Origin: Eledone cirrhosa | Lineage: Eukaryota | Direction of reading: 5' to 3' | DNA: 64,000 nt | NCBI GenBank assembly: GCA_964016885.1 | Contig: OZ024740.1 | Location: forward strand, 177,072,001-177,136,000 | Shown here: positions 1-13,059 of the stretch, piece by piece | How positions within the stretch are numbered: the stretch's first letter is position 1 | Layout of the letters: each line of letters opens with the position of its first letter | The notes under the pieces: generated by a model | Databases searched by the model: none | What the model was told of the DNA's origin: nothing | What the model saw: the letters and a program-made list of their open reading frames with translations, nothing else | Position numbers and translations under genes: made by a program

Positions 1-107
1 ACTAGTACTGTTTCATTTAGATGAAATCTTCAGGAAGCACAGATGAAATCTTCAGAGCTTCCTGAAGATTTCATCTGAATGAAACAGTACTAGTCCTGTA
101 GAAGCTC
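1..107. ncRNA. Back-to-back minimal hammerhead ribozyme motifs (PLE pLTR-type) in an inverted repeat
   Basis: + strand: GAGCTTC-CTGAAGA(62-68)-TTCA/TGAA stem II-GAAAC(81-85)-AGTACTA-GTC(93-95)...GAAGCTC(101-107). Bases 1-37 are the near-exact reverse complement of 58-94; that copy is cut by the window edge. Confidence 0.7.
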
Positions 108-110
108 ATT

Positions 111-171
<61 letters not shown>

Positions 172-353
172 AACACTTAGAATTTAATATTCTATCATAC
201 TATTTCATTATAATACCATTATAAATTTTAAAGGATTGTAAATAAAACGAGTAAATCAGACAAAGTTGGAATTCCTCTTATTAATATAATCTTCTATACA
301 CAATCATACACACCCGTGTATATTTATATATATATATATATATATATATAAAT

Positions 354-436
<83 letters not shown>

Positions 437-570
437 GGTTTGAGGTTCACCACTGTATAGAGCTGGTCTATTCCGTATGGTCAATCGTAATGTAATAATA
501 TAGAGAGTACTCAACGTAAAGCAGTTCAACCGTCTTTGTTTTTGTAGTTGGTGGTGCTATTACGGAGTTA

Positions 571-845
571 AATATTATAATGAAATGACAGGAGGCTGGA
601 TTTGTGTAAATCCTTGAAAGTGTAAATCCTCGAGGGCGACCGGCTAAGGTAGAGGGGTCAAGATAGCAGTCGCCCTCGGGATTTTCAGCCCCATGGATTT
701 TATCTATTACATTCACGTATTATATTTCGAATACCTGATGATATCACCGGATTCATACGGAACCCGGTCATTGAAATGATCATAGTATAATAAACCTTTC
801 AAGGATTTACACAAATCCAGCCTCCTGTCATTTCATCATAAATAT
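571..845 (+). mobile_element. PLE pLTR-like fragment with inverted terminal duplication and degenerate hammerhead
   Basis: ATGAAATGACAGGAGGCTGGATTTGTGTAAATCCTTGAAAG (~580-620) is inverted at ~796-836. CTGATGA at 735-741 is followed by GGAAC-CCG-GTC (759-769; GAAA mutated), then AATAAA. Confidence 0.55.
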
Positions 846-932
846 ATATATATATATATAGAGAGAGAAAACACTGGAAGGTAATATCCGTAGTGGTAGA
901 GCACTCACTCCATGGGACGAGTTAGGTAGAAT

Positions 933-1056
933 TGGTAACGCAACAGTTAGTTCACCATAGCGAGAACAATTGTTTCACTTTAGCGGATCTTCAGTTGAAG
1001 ATCCGCTAAGGTGAAACAATTGTTTTCGGTATATTGAACTAACTGTTGGGTTACCA
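933..1056. ncRNA. Spacerless palindrome of two outward-facing hammerhead motifs
   Basis: Symmetry centre at 994/995. Minus strand reads CTGAAGA-TCCGCTAAAGT-GAAAC-AATT-GTT; plus strand reads TTGAAGA-TCCGCTAAGGT-GAAAC-AATT-GTT. Confidence 0.6.
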
Positions 1057-1129
1057 CTTATATATATATATATATATTTGATGCAACAAGGGAGCCTCAC
1101 GTCTCAACATTCTATATATATAGATTCTT

Positions 1130-1351
1130 TTTTTCGATCGACTTTCGTCAAATAGGACCGAGGAAACAATGTTTCCGTTGGTCTTTCCAATTGCTAATAC
1201 TATCTACCGTTCGAAACTCCAGGTAGAAGGAGCAATGTGAAATAAGGACATAACTAAAGTGTCTTGCTCAAGGACATAACGCATCACCCGGTCCAGGTAC
1301 TCACAACCTCACGATTGCGAATCCAAATCTCTTACCACGCAGTCACGCACC

Positions 1352-1355
<4 letters not shown>
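1130..1355 (-). mobile_element. tRNA-derived SINE fragment
   Basis: Contains GTGTCTTGCTCAAGGACA..ACGC...CTCACAACCTCACGATTGCGAATCC, a reverse-strand tRNA-head-like segment typical of these SINEs. Confidence 0.45.
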
Positions 1356-1402
<47 letters not shown>

Positions 1403-1452
1403 GTGTGTGTGTGGGGTGGGGGGTGTAAAGAGACCAGAAATGTTATATATAT

Positions 1453-1671
1453 TTATGTTTATACAGGTAACAAAAGCGCTATCTAAGGTTACAGGGCTCG
1501 ATATTGACCATATCTCCAGAATGTTACAGGGATCAAAATTGTGCGCTTTTAAGTGTTTAAGATAAACTCATATAAGCAACTGGGGATAGGTCACAATTGT
1601 GATCCCTTTTACATTCTGAAGATATGGACAATAGTGGGCCTTGAAACCTTGTGTTCCGCGTTTGAACATAA
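1453..1671. repeat. Fold-back (MITE-like) element
   Basis: Imperfect inverted repeat: 1485-1543 (AAGGTTACAGGGCTCGATATTGACCATATCTCCAGAATGT...GGGATCAAAATTGTG) versus 1592-1650. Confidence 0.55.
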
Positions 1672-1690
1672 CTATATAATATAATATAAA

Positions 1691-1800
1691 AATAATTGTT
1701 TCTACTTTTGGCACAAGGCCAGCAATTATCCAGTACATTACTGGTACTTTATTTTATCGACCCCGTGAGGATGAAAGACAAAGTTAACCTCGCCAATCCA
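1691..1800 (-). mobile_element. Cephalopod-type SINE, partial
   Basis: AATAATTGTTTCTACTTTTGGCACAAGGCCAGCAATT...ACTGGTACTTTATTTTATCGACCCC...GGATGAAAG.CAAAGTTAACCTCG recurs at 4814, 8826, 10474 (inverted) and 52961. Confidence 0.75.
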
Positions 1801-1824
1801 AATAATATAATATAATATGTATTT

Positions 1825-1924
<100 letters not shown>

Positions 1925-2240
1925 CCCTTCTACAAGTTCCAGCAGAAGGCAACAGAGGAGCACTGTCCCGATGCGAAATACATATAGGCTGCTTCTGCTG
2001 GAACCCGCTAGACGGCGATGGCCGTCAGCCTTTCAATATTCATAGCTTGGGTTTATTTATTAAACATACCGTATATCATTAGATATACGAAATTCACATA
2101 CATATATCTATATATCTATTTTGAAGCTAAATTTTAATTCTACTTTTAAGTTGAGCCAACTTGTACAGCTTCATATGCAAATGAGGCTAATCAGGCCAGC
2201 AACAGAGCCGAAAATATTATGTATTCTCACCTGCTTTCAA

Positions 2241-2328
2241 GTTCCAGCAGAAGGCAGCAGGAAACACTGTCCCGATGAGAACCATGAAGTTCGAAATACG
2301 TATAGGCAGTTATCCCTCGCTGCTTCTG
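2241..2328 (+). ncRNA. Minimal hammerhead motif (U4C core variant) inside a longer hairpin; partially deleted copy at 1936-2004
   Basis: ACTGTC-CCGATGA-GAAC(CATGAA)GTTC-GAAA-T(ACGT)A-TA-GGCAGT at 2266-2310, enclosed by GCAGAAGGCAGC...GCTGCTTCTG. Confidence 0.65.
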
Positions 2329-2791
2329 TGTGTTTGTAGAATGAACACTTCGGTCGAGAATGACGTATTACCAAGAGGTGTCTACAAAAGCACGTACAAT
2401 GTATAAGTTCACTATGAATGCCAGACACATCGTATATGTTTTCATATAAACATCTATTATGCATTACTTTATGTTATTTGCTACTGGTAATTAATCGTAG
2501 TCAAGTCAAGCAAGTACTACATGCAAATGATCTTCTGCAACTGATGTTTTATGCCCCCAAAAGTATATATGCTATTGCCTATTCTCTCTGTACCGAGTGA
2601 TTAAAAGTCACTGGTGGTCAATTAAAACTTCCTGAAACACAAGTATCAGGTGTTCTCACGTAGTTGCGAAGAGAACTCAAACACGATCACACCTTACAAC
2701 ATTCATAGCGATACTAATATCTATGACATTGTCATAGCGAGGGTTTTATATACATAAACTTTGCTTATATATCTATCTATCTATATATCTA

Positions 2792-2826
<35 letters not shown>

Positions 2827-3028
2827 CACGAGCACTCTATCTCAAAATTATTTTTGAAAAGTATAAGAAATGCGCAACCGGTAAAAATTTAAAACTAAAA
2901 CTGAATACTAACTAATACTTATTACTAATTTATACTTATTCCTAATTAAACTATTTTTCACTGGTAAAAATTTGTCACCATTTTCTTTTCCTTTTTACTA
3001 ATATATCACAACTCGTGTGTCACACCTC

Positions 3029-3130
<102 letters not shown>

Positions 3131-3189
3131 ATGTATGTATGTATGTAAAAGGTAAACAGAATAACAACACAATCGGTACAGTATATGGA

Positions 3190-3497
3190 AGGTATATATT
3201 AGGTTAACGCTTGATATAGCAAGAAGAGGGTCTTAACGTTTCGGACGCTAGTCCTTCATCAGAAGAAAGAATGAGAAATAAAATAGATTAAGGGCACGGG
3301 TGGGATGGAATTGGAAAAAATATCTTTAGATAAAAATAATAGGTCTATTCATGTTGACTTCTCTTGCAAAACTGTTGGTGCTGGCGTTTTGTGTATGATT
3401 TGTTTTTCAGAAAAGTGGATGAAGGCGCGCGTCTACCTGAAAAGAAAAAAAAAACGTTTTGTAAAAAGAGCTATACTTGCGCACGTGCGTATGCATG

Positions 3498-3564
<67 letters not shown>

Positions 3565-4601
3565 ATAGGTCCGTACGAAGCTAAGAAGAAATATGTGTGT
3601 ATATGTGAGTAAAAGAGTGTGTGTGCATGTAAGTACGAAGCTATGAGCAAAGAGGGGGCGATAGGAATTTAGGGATATGATAATGGACGGGGTATTAGAG
3701 AAATTGGGGAGGTGAGTTGAGTCCAAGAGGGGAATAGGACCCAAGACGGTGAATCAGACTTTGTTCAATCCTGGTGCGCGAGGTCTGTGATCCATGATGT
3801 AAAAGGACTCCCAGGACTGAAACATGTAGGGAAGAATGACAAGGAGAACAGAAATGACAGGCGACAGGAGTATCCAAACCGAGTCGTATATCCCTCAAAT
3901 GTTCTGCAAAATTACGGCGTCCCATTTGTCCGATATATAAAGACCAGCAAAGGGAACACCGGAGGGCATAGACGACGTGGGTGGATGTGCAGGTGAAGGA
4001 ATGGCGGATACGGAAAGACCCGTTAGGGCCTGTAAGAGTGGTGAGGGTGGGAATAAAGGGGCAAGTGTTGCAGCGGGAAGGGGAAGAAGGATGAGAGCCG
4101 GGTGGAGTCGTGGGAGAGGACGAAAAAGAACTGCGAACCAGGAGGTCGCGGAGGTTTCGGGCGCGCTTAAAAGCAGTAATGGGTGGGTTTGGAGAAAAGC
4201 GAGAAGTGACGGATCAGAAGAGAGGATAGGGAAGTAACGGAGGATATGTCGCCGGAGTGATAGGGTGATGGGGTGGTAGGTGTGAGGGAATGAAACACGG
4301 GTGTTGGGAGGGCGGAGTGAGGTGAGAGGGATGTGGTGCGGTCTGTTTCACGGGCGCGTGTGTGAGAGCAGCTTGGAACAAGGTGGGGGTGCGGAGGATA
4401 TCCACGCTGGATGAAGCAGGAAGCCATGCGAAGGGAATGGGTTTCGAAATTATCGTCCTGGCTACAGAGTCGACATAGACGTAGGAATTGGGAATAGGGT
4501 ATGGAGTGTTTGGTGTGGGTTGGATGGAGGAGGTGAAGTAGTAATATATTGGGAGTCTGTTGGTTTAATGTAGATGGAAGTAGAGATGGTGTGGTACACA
4601 C
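3190..4601 (-). mobile_element. Penelope-like retroelement, 5'-truncated and degenerate (RT C-terminal part, GIY-YIG and 3' hammerhead)
   Basis: ORF 4167-4601 has HPTHTKHSIPYSQFLRLCRLCS...F..RGYP (PLE RT C-terminal extension). ORF 3695-3925 has RNFAEHLRDIR..PVACHF..HS..EQSLIHRLGSYSPLGLN (GIY-YIG C-half). Confidence 0.85.
3231..3266 (-). ncRNA. Minimal hammerhead ribozyme of the PLE pLTR
   Basis: Minus strand TCTT-CTGATGA-A-GGAC(TAGC)GTCC-GAAACGTT-AAGA. Degenerate paralogues lie at ~9009-9045 and ~58979-59012. Confidence 0.8.
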
Positions 4602-4813
4602 ACAAACATAGTTGGCCTTGTGCCTGAATCAGAAAGCATTATACATAATCATGTCGTATATACCTTCATAAACAACTAGATTATGAATTACGCTATATTA
4701 GTGCTACTGCCAAATCAAGCACTTCTTATGTGTAGAGGAAATTTCTCAGCAGATGTTTTTTACGGAAAAATTAAATAAGCTATAGTTTATTAATCATTCA
4801 GTACCAAGTAAAC

Positions 4814-4995
4814 AATTGTTTTTACTTTTAGCACAAGGTCAGCAATTATCCCAGTGCATTACTGGTACTTTATTTTATCGACCCTGTAAGGATGAAAGGC
4901 AAAGTTAACCTCGGCGGGATTTGAACTCAGATCGTAAAGAGACGTAAATCTATGCTGTAAAGTATGCCGTCAGACCCGCTACCGATTCTGCCAAT
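4814..4995 (-). mobile_element. Cephalopod-type tRNA-derived SINE
   Basis: Family body plus B-box-like GAGTTCAAATCCC on the minus strand. Confidence 0.75.
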
Positions 4996-6013
4996 ATGTC
5001 AATGATGGTGATTTAAAAATCCTGAAAAGTCAGTGTCTCACGTTTTCGCCTGGCTATTAAACTAATATCTATGACATGGTCATAGCGAGGGTTTTATATG
5101 AATATTAAACATAAACACATCCTATGTTAAGCCTATACACCTCTATTATGAATAACACTATGGTAGCTCTCTTGCTAATACAAATACATAATTACACAAA
5201 GTTTTATTAGTTTCGCGCTTCTGGTAAAAAGGAAAATATCATATTTCAACATATCGGACGTCAGACTTGTATCTGGAAAGAGTAAAGTTGGGAGAGAGAA
5301 AGAAAAGGTGAGAGAGTTGAAGAAAAATGTATAGGTTTATCTGGAAGAATGAGGTGTGCATGTTAGCCATCAGGCTCGCGCTGGGATGTGCAGAACTAGT
5401 ATCGGGGAAAATCCGGGTGATAGTATGTATATATAGATGAAATGCAATATATAAGTGTGCGAGTTGTTTTTATATTGTGTTTGTGGATATGTGTGTTGGA
5501 GTTGTGTTTAGTTTGTTCGTGATGGTGTGACTGTTTGTATCTTGTACCTGGATACTTCATTCTACTAAATTCCATTACATTAAACTGGTCGAATGCTATG
5601 AAAGAGCGACTTGCAAATGTTACTGGGCACAAATAAATAATTAAATAAATAAATGCCACTTAATAAAAATATGAAAATCATAAAGTCTTGGTCACAAGTA
5701 AAATATGATGGCGGATAAATAAAGGGAACAGAACTTGAAGCTGAGCAGCAATATGATAAAGAACGAGAAGAAGAAGAAGAAGAAGAAGAAGATGAGGTAG
5801 ATCTCAATGATAATGATGATGATGATGAACAACAACAACCACAACAGCAGCAGCAGCGCCTGTAGCTTTTAAGATGCTCTATATCCTAACCAACCCGTCC
5901 CTACGTGTCATTAGCATACAGCTGCTCGAAGCGCCTTCAATTATCTGTCACGTGACAAGAAGACGCTTGCTAGTTTGCTTATGTATGAGTACATACATAT
6001 ACACCCACACCCC

Positions 6014-6065
<52 letters not shown>

Positions 6066-6073
6066 TGTGTGTG

Positions 6074-6115
<42 letters not shown>

Positions 6116-6175
6116 TATATATATATATATATACATACATAAATATATATATATACATACATTTATTTATATGTT

Positions 6176-6241
<66 letters not shown>

Positions 6242-6718
6242 GGCGTGAAAAAGAGAGAAAAAGAGATAGAACGTTTGTGTACACATGTGCACATGTGTAT
6301 GTTGCTATTTGTTGTGACTTTTCGTATTTCAGTTGAGAGGCACTATGTGGTAGTTGTGATATTATGTTGGTGTGAGTGATTTAACTTCTTTTATATCTAT
6401 TATTTCTCTATGGAAAGGTAGTCCTATCTTTAGACGTGATGTCTACTTTATTCTGTATATTCGTTTATCTTTCTAGCTGTCATTTCGTCGTACTTATGTC
6501 TCTCTCTGCCTTTCTCTGTCTTTACTTTCAGTTGTTTTATTTTTTTAATTGACCACCGTGTTAGTGTTTCCCTCCTGTCTGTCAGCGTCTTTCTATTAGT
6601 CTATATCTCTCTACCTATCTATCAATGCCTTTATCCATCTCTCTTTCTCTTAAATTAGTTGACTTACATAGAGCTCAAAGTATTTCCGACATAACATTTA
6701 TCCTAAATATTTACCTCC

Positions 6719-6890
<172 letters not shown>

Positions 6891-7875
6891 ATATATATGT
6901 TTATGTGTAAATATGTGTATGCTTATATCCCTACACGCGAAGGCAACTATTCGACATGGTCCCTCGGTTTAGGGATTCACAGACACTGAAGAACTGCGTT
7001 GAGAATATAAATAACCGACTGTAATACAATTCCTGGAAAGCTTATCGTCAAACTGAAGAATCTTCTCTGTACCACTAGCTAGCCCAGGAATTTGGAATTT
7101 TTCCATATATCAAGATCACATAAAGAAGGTTATCGTAGTCTCCGCTAACTCTCGACAGAATCACCGTTAACTCCTTTCCCCAGAACGTCGCAGCATCCCG
7201 AATCTCAACGCCCTTTCTCGGCCTACAATAAACCGAGGACTGTAGCTCATTCAAAGAGAAAGCAAACTGTGGGAAAAAATGCAATCCCTAAGTTTTCTCT
7301 TTTTGCCTTTGTAAAATATTATTTGTGTTACATAGAGGTCGTGTATAATGCGGCTTTAGTTTTTTTTAACAAAACTGCTAGGTCTCTTATTGAACATCAT
7401 GAATAAACCTTAGACGCATTTCTTTAGCAAATATGTATTGATAATTAACTAGGTTTTCTGGCTAAATGTTTTCAGCTGTACTATACAATCCCCCTACTTT
7501 CCGTGAAATTCTTTTCGCCACCCTAAAGTTTTGAGAAAAGTCAGTAAAATATCTGATAGAATGAAGATCTGTAGATACACATGCTTTCGTTCATAGACAA
7601 TCGACAGCCATACAATTAAGCTCCTAAATAGGGAACGGCTTGCCTCTTACGTAGTCTAACTTCTAATGCTAAGTCCCATCCTCTATGTATGCCACTTCAA
7701 ATCTATAAATACCTTATACAAATGAAGAATTAACGACAGTTTTTTCTTTGCATAATAGTTCGATAGATTGTGGTCATCGAAAATGCATTGATACGGAACT
7801 TTCCAAATAAATCCCAGTATATAGTGTATTACTTGCATCAACTAATCATACAAACTCCAAATATAGTCGATTATA

Positions 7876-8081
7876 AAGGGTGGGCCAAAAGTCACTTCCT
7901 ATTGAAAAAACATCATAATTTTTTTATTATTAAAAATATATTTTTTTTCTTTCAGATTAAAGTTGAATAAAAACAAGATCCAATGATGGAAAAATAAACC
8001 CTCCAAGAAAAATTAGTTTTGATTTAATTTGTAATGTTTTATTAATAAAAATAGGTAAGAAGTGACTTTTGGCCCACCCTA
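7876..8081. mobile_element. Tc1/mariner-type MITE
   Basis: TIRs AGGGTGGGCCAAAAGTCACTT (7877-7897) and AAGTGACTTTTGGCCCACCCT (8060-8080), flanked by TA. Confidence 0.8.
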
Positions 8082-8495
8082 TATAAGAGTATATCTAATA
8101 CATGATGACCATTCGTGCTACAAATATTTGCTTGTGCGTCTTCCGACATGACATGCTGGGTCACTTCGTCCATTAAATCGGAGTGGTTGTTGAAGATAGA
8201 TGTACTCCTTTATCAAAGGAAGCTTCAGTAACGTAACTAGCGGAAGAGCAAATATATTTTAGATTGATTGGTTATTTCCTGGAGCATTAAAAACAGTCAG
8301 GTGGAAATATAGCATCTAAACAACATATGAGGAGGCCGTCTATCCAATATATACATGTACTTTAATATTTTTCTGTTTCCTCTCTTTCACACACAGTGTT
8401 GACAAACATATCTACTATCCAGATTGTCAATATTTAACAACAGTTATCTACTTCTATCTATCAGTGCATTATATCTACCTTCAGACAATAAATAC

Positions 8496-8593
<98 letters not shown>

Positions 8594-8744
8594 CTATCTC
8601 TCTCAATATATATCCTAATTTTTTTCATATTACCCACTCTAGTACACCATGTATCGAGTACTCTGGTGAGTAATGGCCTAACTGGTTTTTACCACCTCCA
8701 ATCTGATATATATATATATATAAATATATATATATATGTGTGTA

Positions 8745-8783
<39 letters not shown>

Positions 8784-8825
8784 GCACGTGTATGTGTGAG
8801 TGTGTGTGTGTAAAACGTAAACAGA

Positions 8826-8932
8826 AATAATTGTTTCTACTTTTGGCACGAGGCCAGCAATTATCCCAGTGCATTACTGGTACTTTATTTTATTTTATCG
8901 ACCCCGTAAGGATTAAAGGCAAAGTTAACCTC
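8826..8932 (-). mobile_element. SINE 3' fragment
   Basis: Same family sequence as 1691-1800. Confidence 0.7.
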
Positions 8933-9562
8933 GATCAAACAGAAATAATGCAAACGACACAGAACAATGAATAAATATATTAATTTACGCTTGAAATAAT
9001 GAGAAAAGTCTTAATGTTTCGGACACTAGTCCTTCATCATAAGAAAGAATGAAAAATAAAAGATGAGGTAAGAAGAGGCAGGAACGGGAAAAAAAAACAC
9101 ACGGGCGTGTTCAGTCATTTTGATGAGATGCTGGTCAGTGGGTATCTTTGGTATAAGAGAAGTTTATGAAGGGAGATAATCATTGTATATTTAGGGTGGA
9201 TATGTGTATGCGTGCTAGTGTATGCATGCTTGTGTGTCTGCACGCGTGTTTGCACGTTTGTTTGTGCAGAAGTTTGAAGGATGAGCGTTGGACCGTGACA
9301 GGCTATATATCTATATATGTATGTATAAATATATGTCTGTCTATTTACCTACCTATGTGTCTATCTGACCATTTCTCGCTATCTTTCAATCTCCATCTCT
9401 CTATGTATCTACATGTCTGTACACCATTTATCTAAAGAGTTATCTATCGACCTAATCACATATTTAAATATATTTATCAATATTTATCTATCTGTCTACG
9501 GACAAGAACAACAATTTCTAAAACAAAAAAATCACCTAATTCTAGTAACAGTTCGAATATAC

Positions 9563-9648
<86 letters not shown>

Positions 9649-9868
9649 GAATAATCGAGTATCGAAAAATCGGCGCACGAGTTCACGATAAACAAAATTC
9701 GAGATGAGCGGCAGAGGGCTCTATAATTCAAATAAATTAGAGCTATAACTATCGTTAAAATACCGTCACACGTAGAATATGTCTACAATCAACCAAATAA
9801 CCGAAAAGTTCGATATGGAAGATTCGGGACACTCAGATAAATTATCAATAAATCAATAAATGAAATGA

Positions 9869-9906
<38 letters not shown>

Positions 9907-9916
9907 CGAAGGAAAT

Positions 9917-10255
9917 ATGGTAAGGAACCAGATGGACCATAACGCACCAAAGTACTCAATACTTAGGGTAGTAGAGTTGGTAATAGGAACGAATAGTGCG
10001 CCGACGGCTGAGCTCAAGCCGTTTCGACGGCTAATTCTTGAGTCCAGAATTAGCCGTCGAAACGGCTTGAGCTCAGCCGTCGGGGTCCTATATATATATA
10101 TGGGCAAAGAGGAAAGAGTTAGGACCCCGACGGCTGAACTCCGGCTGTTACGGTCGAAACGGCCGGAGCTCAGCCGTCGGAGTCCTGACTTTTTCCTATT
10201 ACTCACTCTACTACCCTAAGTATTGAGTATTCAGGTGCATCATGGTCGCCCTGGG
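9917..10255. repeat. Nested GC-rich fold-back element (family also at ~40658-40720 and 56654-56790)
   Basis: Outer IR ~9945-9989 / 10193-10238. Inner palindromes 10001-10083 and ~10127-10180 are built from CCGACGGCTGAGCTCAAGCCGTTTCGACGGC. Confidence 0.75.
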
Positions 10256-10273
10256 ATCTTAGTACACCCTCTT

Positions 10274-10367
<94 letters not shown>

Positions 10368-10395
10368 TAGATAGATAGCTATAGGGAAAGAGAGA

Positions 10396-10426
<31 letters not shown>

Positions 10427-10473
10427 TGAGAGAGAGAGAGAACATAGGTACATAGATACATGCGTACATAGAA

Positions 10474-10655
10474 CAGAGTCATCGGTAGAGGGTCGGACGC
10501 CATGCTTTGACGCATAGAGTTACGGCCCTTTCCATTCTGAGTTCAAATCCCGCCGAGGTTAACTTTGCCTTTCATCCTTACGGGGTCGATAAAATAAAGT
10601 ACCAGTAATGCACTGGGTAATTGCTGGCCTTGTGCCAAAAGTAGAAACAATTATT
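10474..10655 (+). mobile_element. Cephalopod-type tRNA-derived SINE
   Basis: B-box GAGTTCAAATCCCGCCGAGG, family body and 3' end GTAGAAACAATTATT. Confidence 0.75.
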
Positions 10656-11611
10656 TAGTGGATATATGTTTGATAATGATTAAGTAGATCTGGAAGAATT
10701 ATTATTGAAATTGATTTAGATATCTGTAAACTGAAATACAGTGATAACAGGAGAAACATTAGGGAGAAGGGCACGGGGGTTCGAGGATTCATCTACCTTT
10801 ACATAAAATGTTATAATCAAGGAATTATTAAATTAGTTTTTTGTTCTAAACACCATCATTCTCTGACGGGTACTATATTAGTATAAACTCACACGCATGT
10901 ATGTCTATATGTGTGTATGTATATGTGAGTATATGTGTATATGTACGTGTGTATGGAAGATAATACGCGTGTCTGTATGCATGTGTTGATATTTGTATGC
11001 ATGGAAAGGAAAGGAAACAGAGAGTGACAAGCAGAGGCGAGGGGTGAGGATAGGAGGAAGGTTTGTGAATAGATTGAACATTGGGCGTGGTTATACACAC
11101 ACACACACACACACATACACAGACACATACGCATACACATACACACATACATACACGCGTGAAGAAAACCTTCCCCTTTTCAATATACAGTATTTGTATA
11201 TAGACATTAGTATGAATGGGTATATGTATGCTTGTACGTGATGGTACATATACACATATACACATGCCTACACATATACACACACAAATGCAGATATATC
11301 CATATATATTTTAAAGAAAGGTTAGAAGGAGTTCAGAAGAAGGTTCAAAGGGAGAAAAGGCATGTCAAAGAACCTCGGAGGGCCTGCGAAAGACATGGGC
11401 ACAGCCCCTTAGTCTACACATAAACTTAAGAAAATAATAGGGGGAAAAGTAAGCGAAAGATAAAAAAGAAATTAATATATATAAAGAGAGTATGAGAGAT
11501 AGAGATGGATGATAATGATGTGTTCATATATATATATATATATGTGTATGTGGTGTGTACGTGTGTACTTACGTATATATATATATACATACACACACAC
11601 ACAACATATAC

Positions 11612-11644
<33 letters not shown>

Positions 11645-11774
11645 AATGTATATATATATATATAAATAACAGATTTTAATAAATATTTGCTTTAGGGTTC
11701 TTATATATATATGATATATATTTATCCTTATCGACCCCTCTTTGGATTTTAGTCTTCACATTTATTATTATTAC

Positions 11775-11807
<33 letters not shown>

Positions 11808-11852
11808 TAATTCAAAATATTAACAAAATAGATATTCTTGTGATCAAGTATA

Positions 11853-11915
11853 TTTTATTATACATATTTCAGAGCTACGGAGTTAACTTCAACAGTACGT
11901 CCTCATCAGATAAAA
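11853..11915 (-). ncRNA. Minimal hammerhead motif with extended stem II
   Basis: Minus strand TTTTAT-CTGATGA-[32 nt stem II]-GAAA-T(ATGT)A-TA-ATAAAA; stem I is TTTTAT/ATAAAA. Confidence 0.65.
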
Positions 11916-12963
11916 GAAGATGATGCATGACATACCCTGACATAGTAGATGGTTAAGATTCAGTCATGGTAGTGAGTAATATATGACAAAACTCAATATT
12001 TATATACCTTAATATTGAAACATCAAAAAAAACTACATATAATACATATAATAGAGAGGGTAGGTGTGAGAAAGCTTAAACAATACATAGCAGCAATATA
12101 ACTGTTAGAGATTCAAATAATTTAAATTACTGAAGAAAGAGGAAAGAAAAAAAGGCATAGAGAAAGAAACAGATGAGGGGATAATATAGCTAGTAAGAGC
12201 ATAGAAAGCCAAAGACAGTTGATTACAGAGAGAGAGAGAGATAAAGAGGAATAATTTTTTTAGTGTAATATATAGGGAGATATTAATTTGAACAACATTT
12301 GGGCTTAGCTTTAGGAAAGCAATAAAAATATTTCTGTAGCAATAAAACACCACTCGCTAATTTATTATAAATCTGTAGTTTTCTGTATGTATGTGTATAT
12401 GTGTGTGGACAATTTTTAATGAGGGCTCATATATTCTAAACCATTCATGCGATTTCTTTGAAATTTTTTACAGAACTCCTCTTTGGACAAAACCTGTACA
12501 TGATCTTCAAAGGATTTCAAAAATCGATATTGGGGCCTTTGGAGACATTAAAAAAGTTTCGGTTATTTGTGGGAATTTTCGTGATTAAGTAAGACAAGAG
12601 ATATCTTTCGTAATTCGGCTCATTCGGATTTTAATTTACTCTTTGTACTTGGAAGAGAGAGACTAACAATATCATTTTGTATATTTCACAACCAGCAATT
12701 TCTAGCAGATTACTAAGTTAAGTTATAGATTTGACATTGTATAAGTTATCGTTTCAAGCTTGATGTTCATACATTAAGTGATGTCATAACTTTTACAATA
12801 TTATGCTTAAATTTATCTAAAATTATTTCGCTGGAATAGTGTCTAAGGTATTCATGTTTAGATAAAGTACGTTTTTCTTCTATGTATTCAAATTTACTTT
12901 GTTTACTTTAATGAGCTACATCGAAAGCTACTTAAACCGTCCAAAGGACGGGTAGTTTAGCTA

Positions 12964-13058
<95 letters not shown>

Positions 13059-13059
13059 T

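Noticed and set aside
5235-5270. Hammerhead-like CTGACGT...GAAATATGATA on the minus strand (similar weak case at ~55288-55322)
   Set aside because: Core mismatch and stems I and II do not pair convincingly.
6930-7290. Unique, moderately GC-rich segment that could be a host exon or promoter; contains two CTGAAGA
   Set aside because: No convincing ORF homology, splice context or complete hammerhead stems.
12050-12950. Possible decayed PLE coding region upstream of the 11853 hammerhead
   Set aside because: No motif could be read with confidence.
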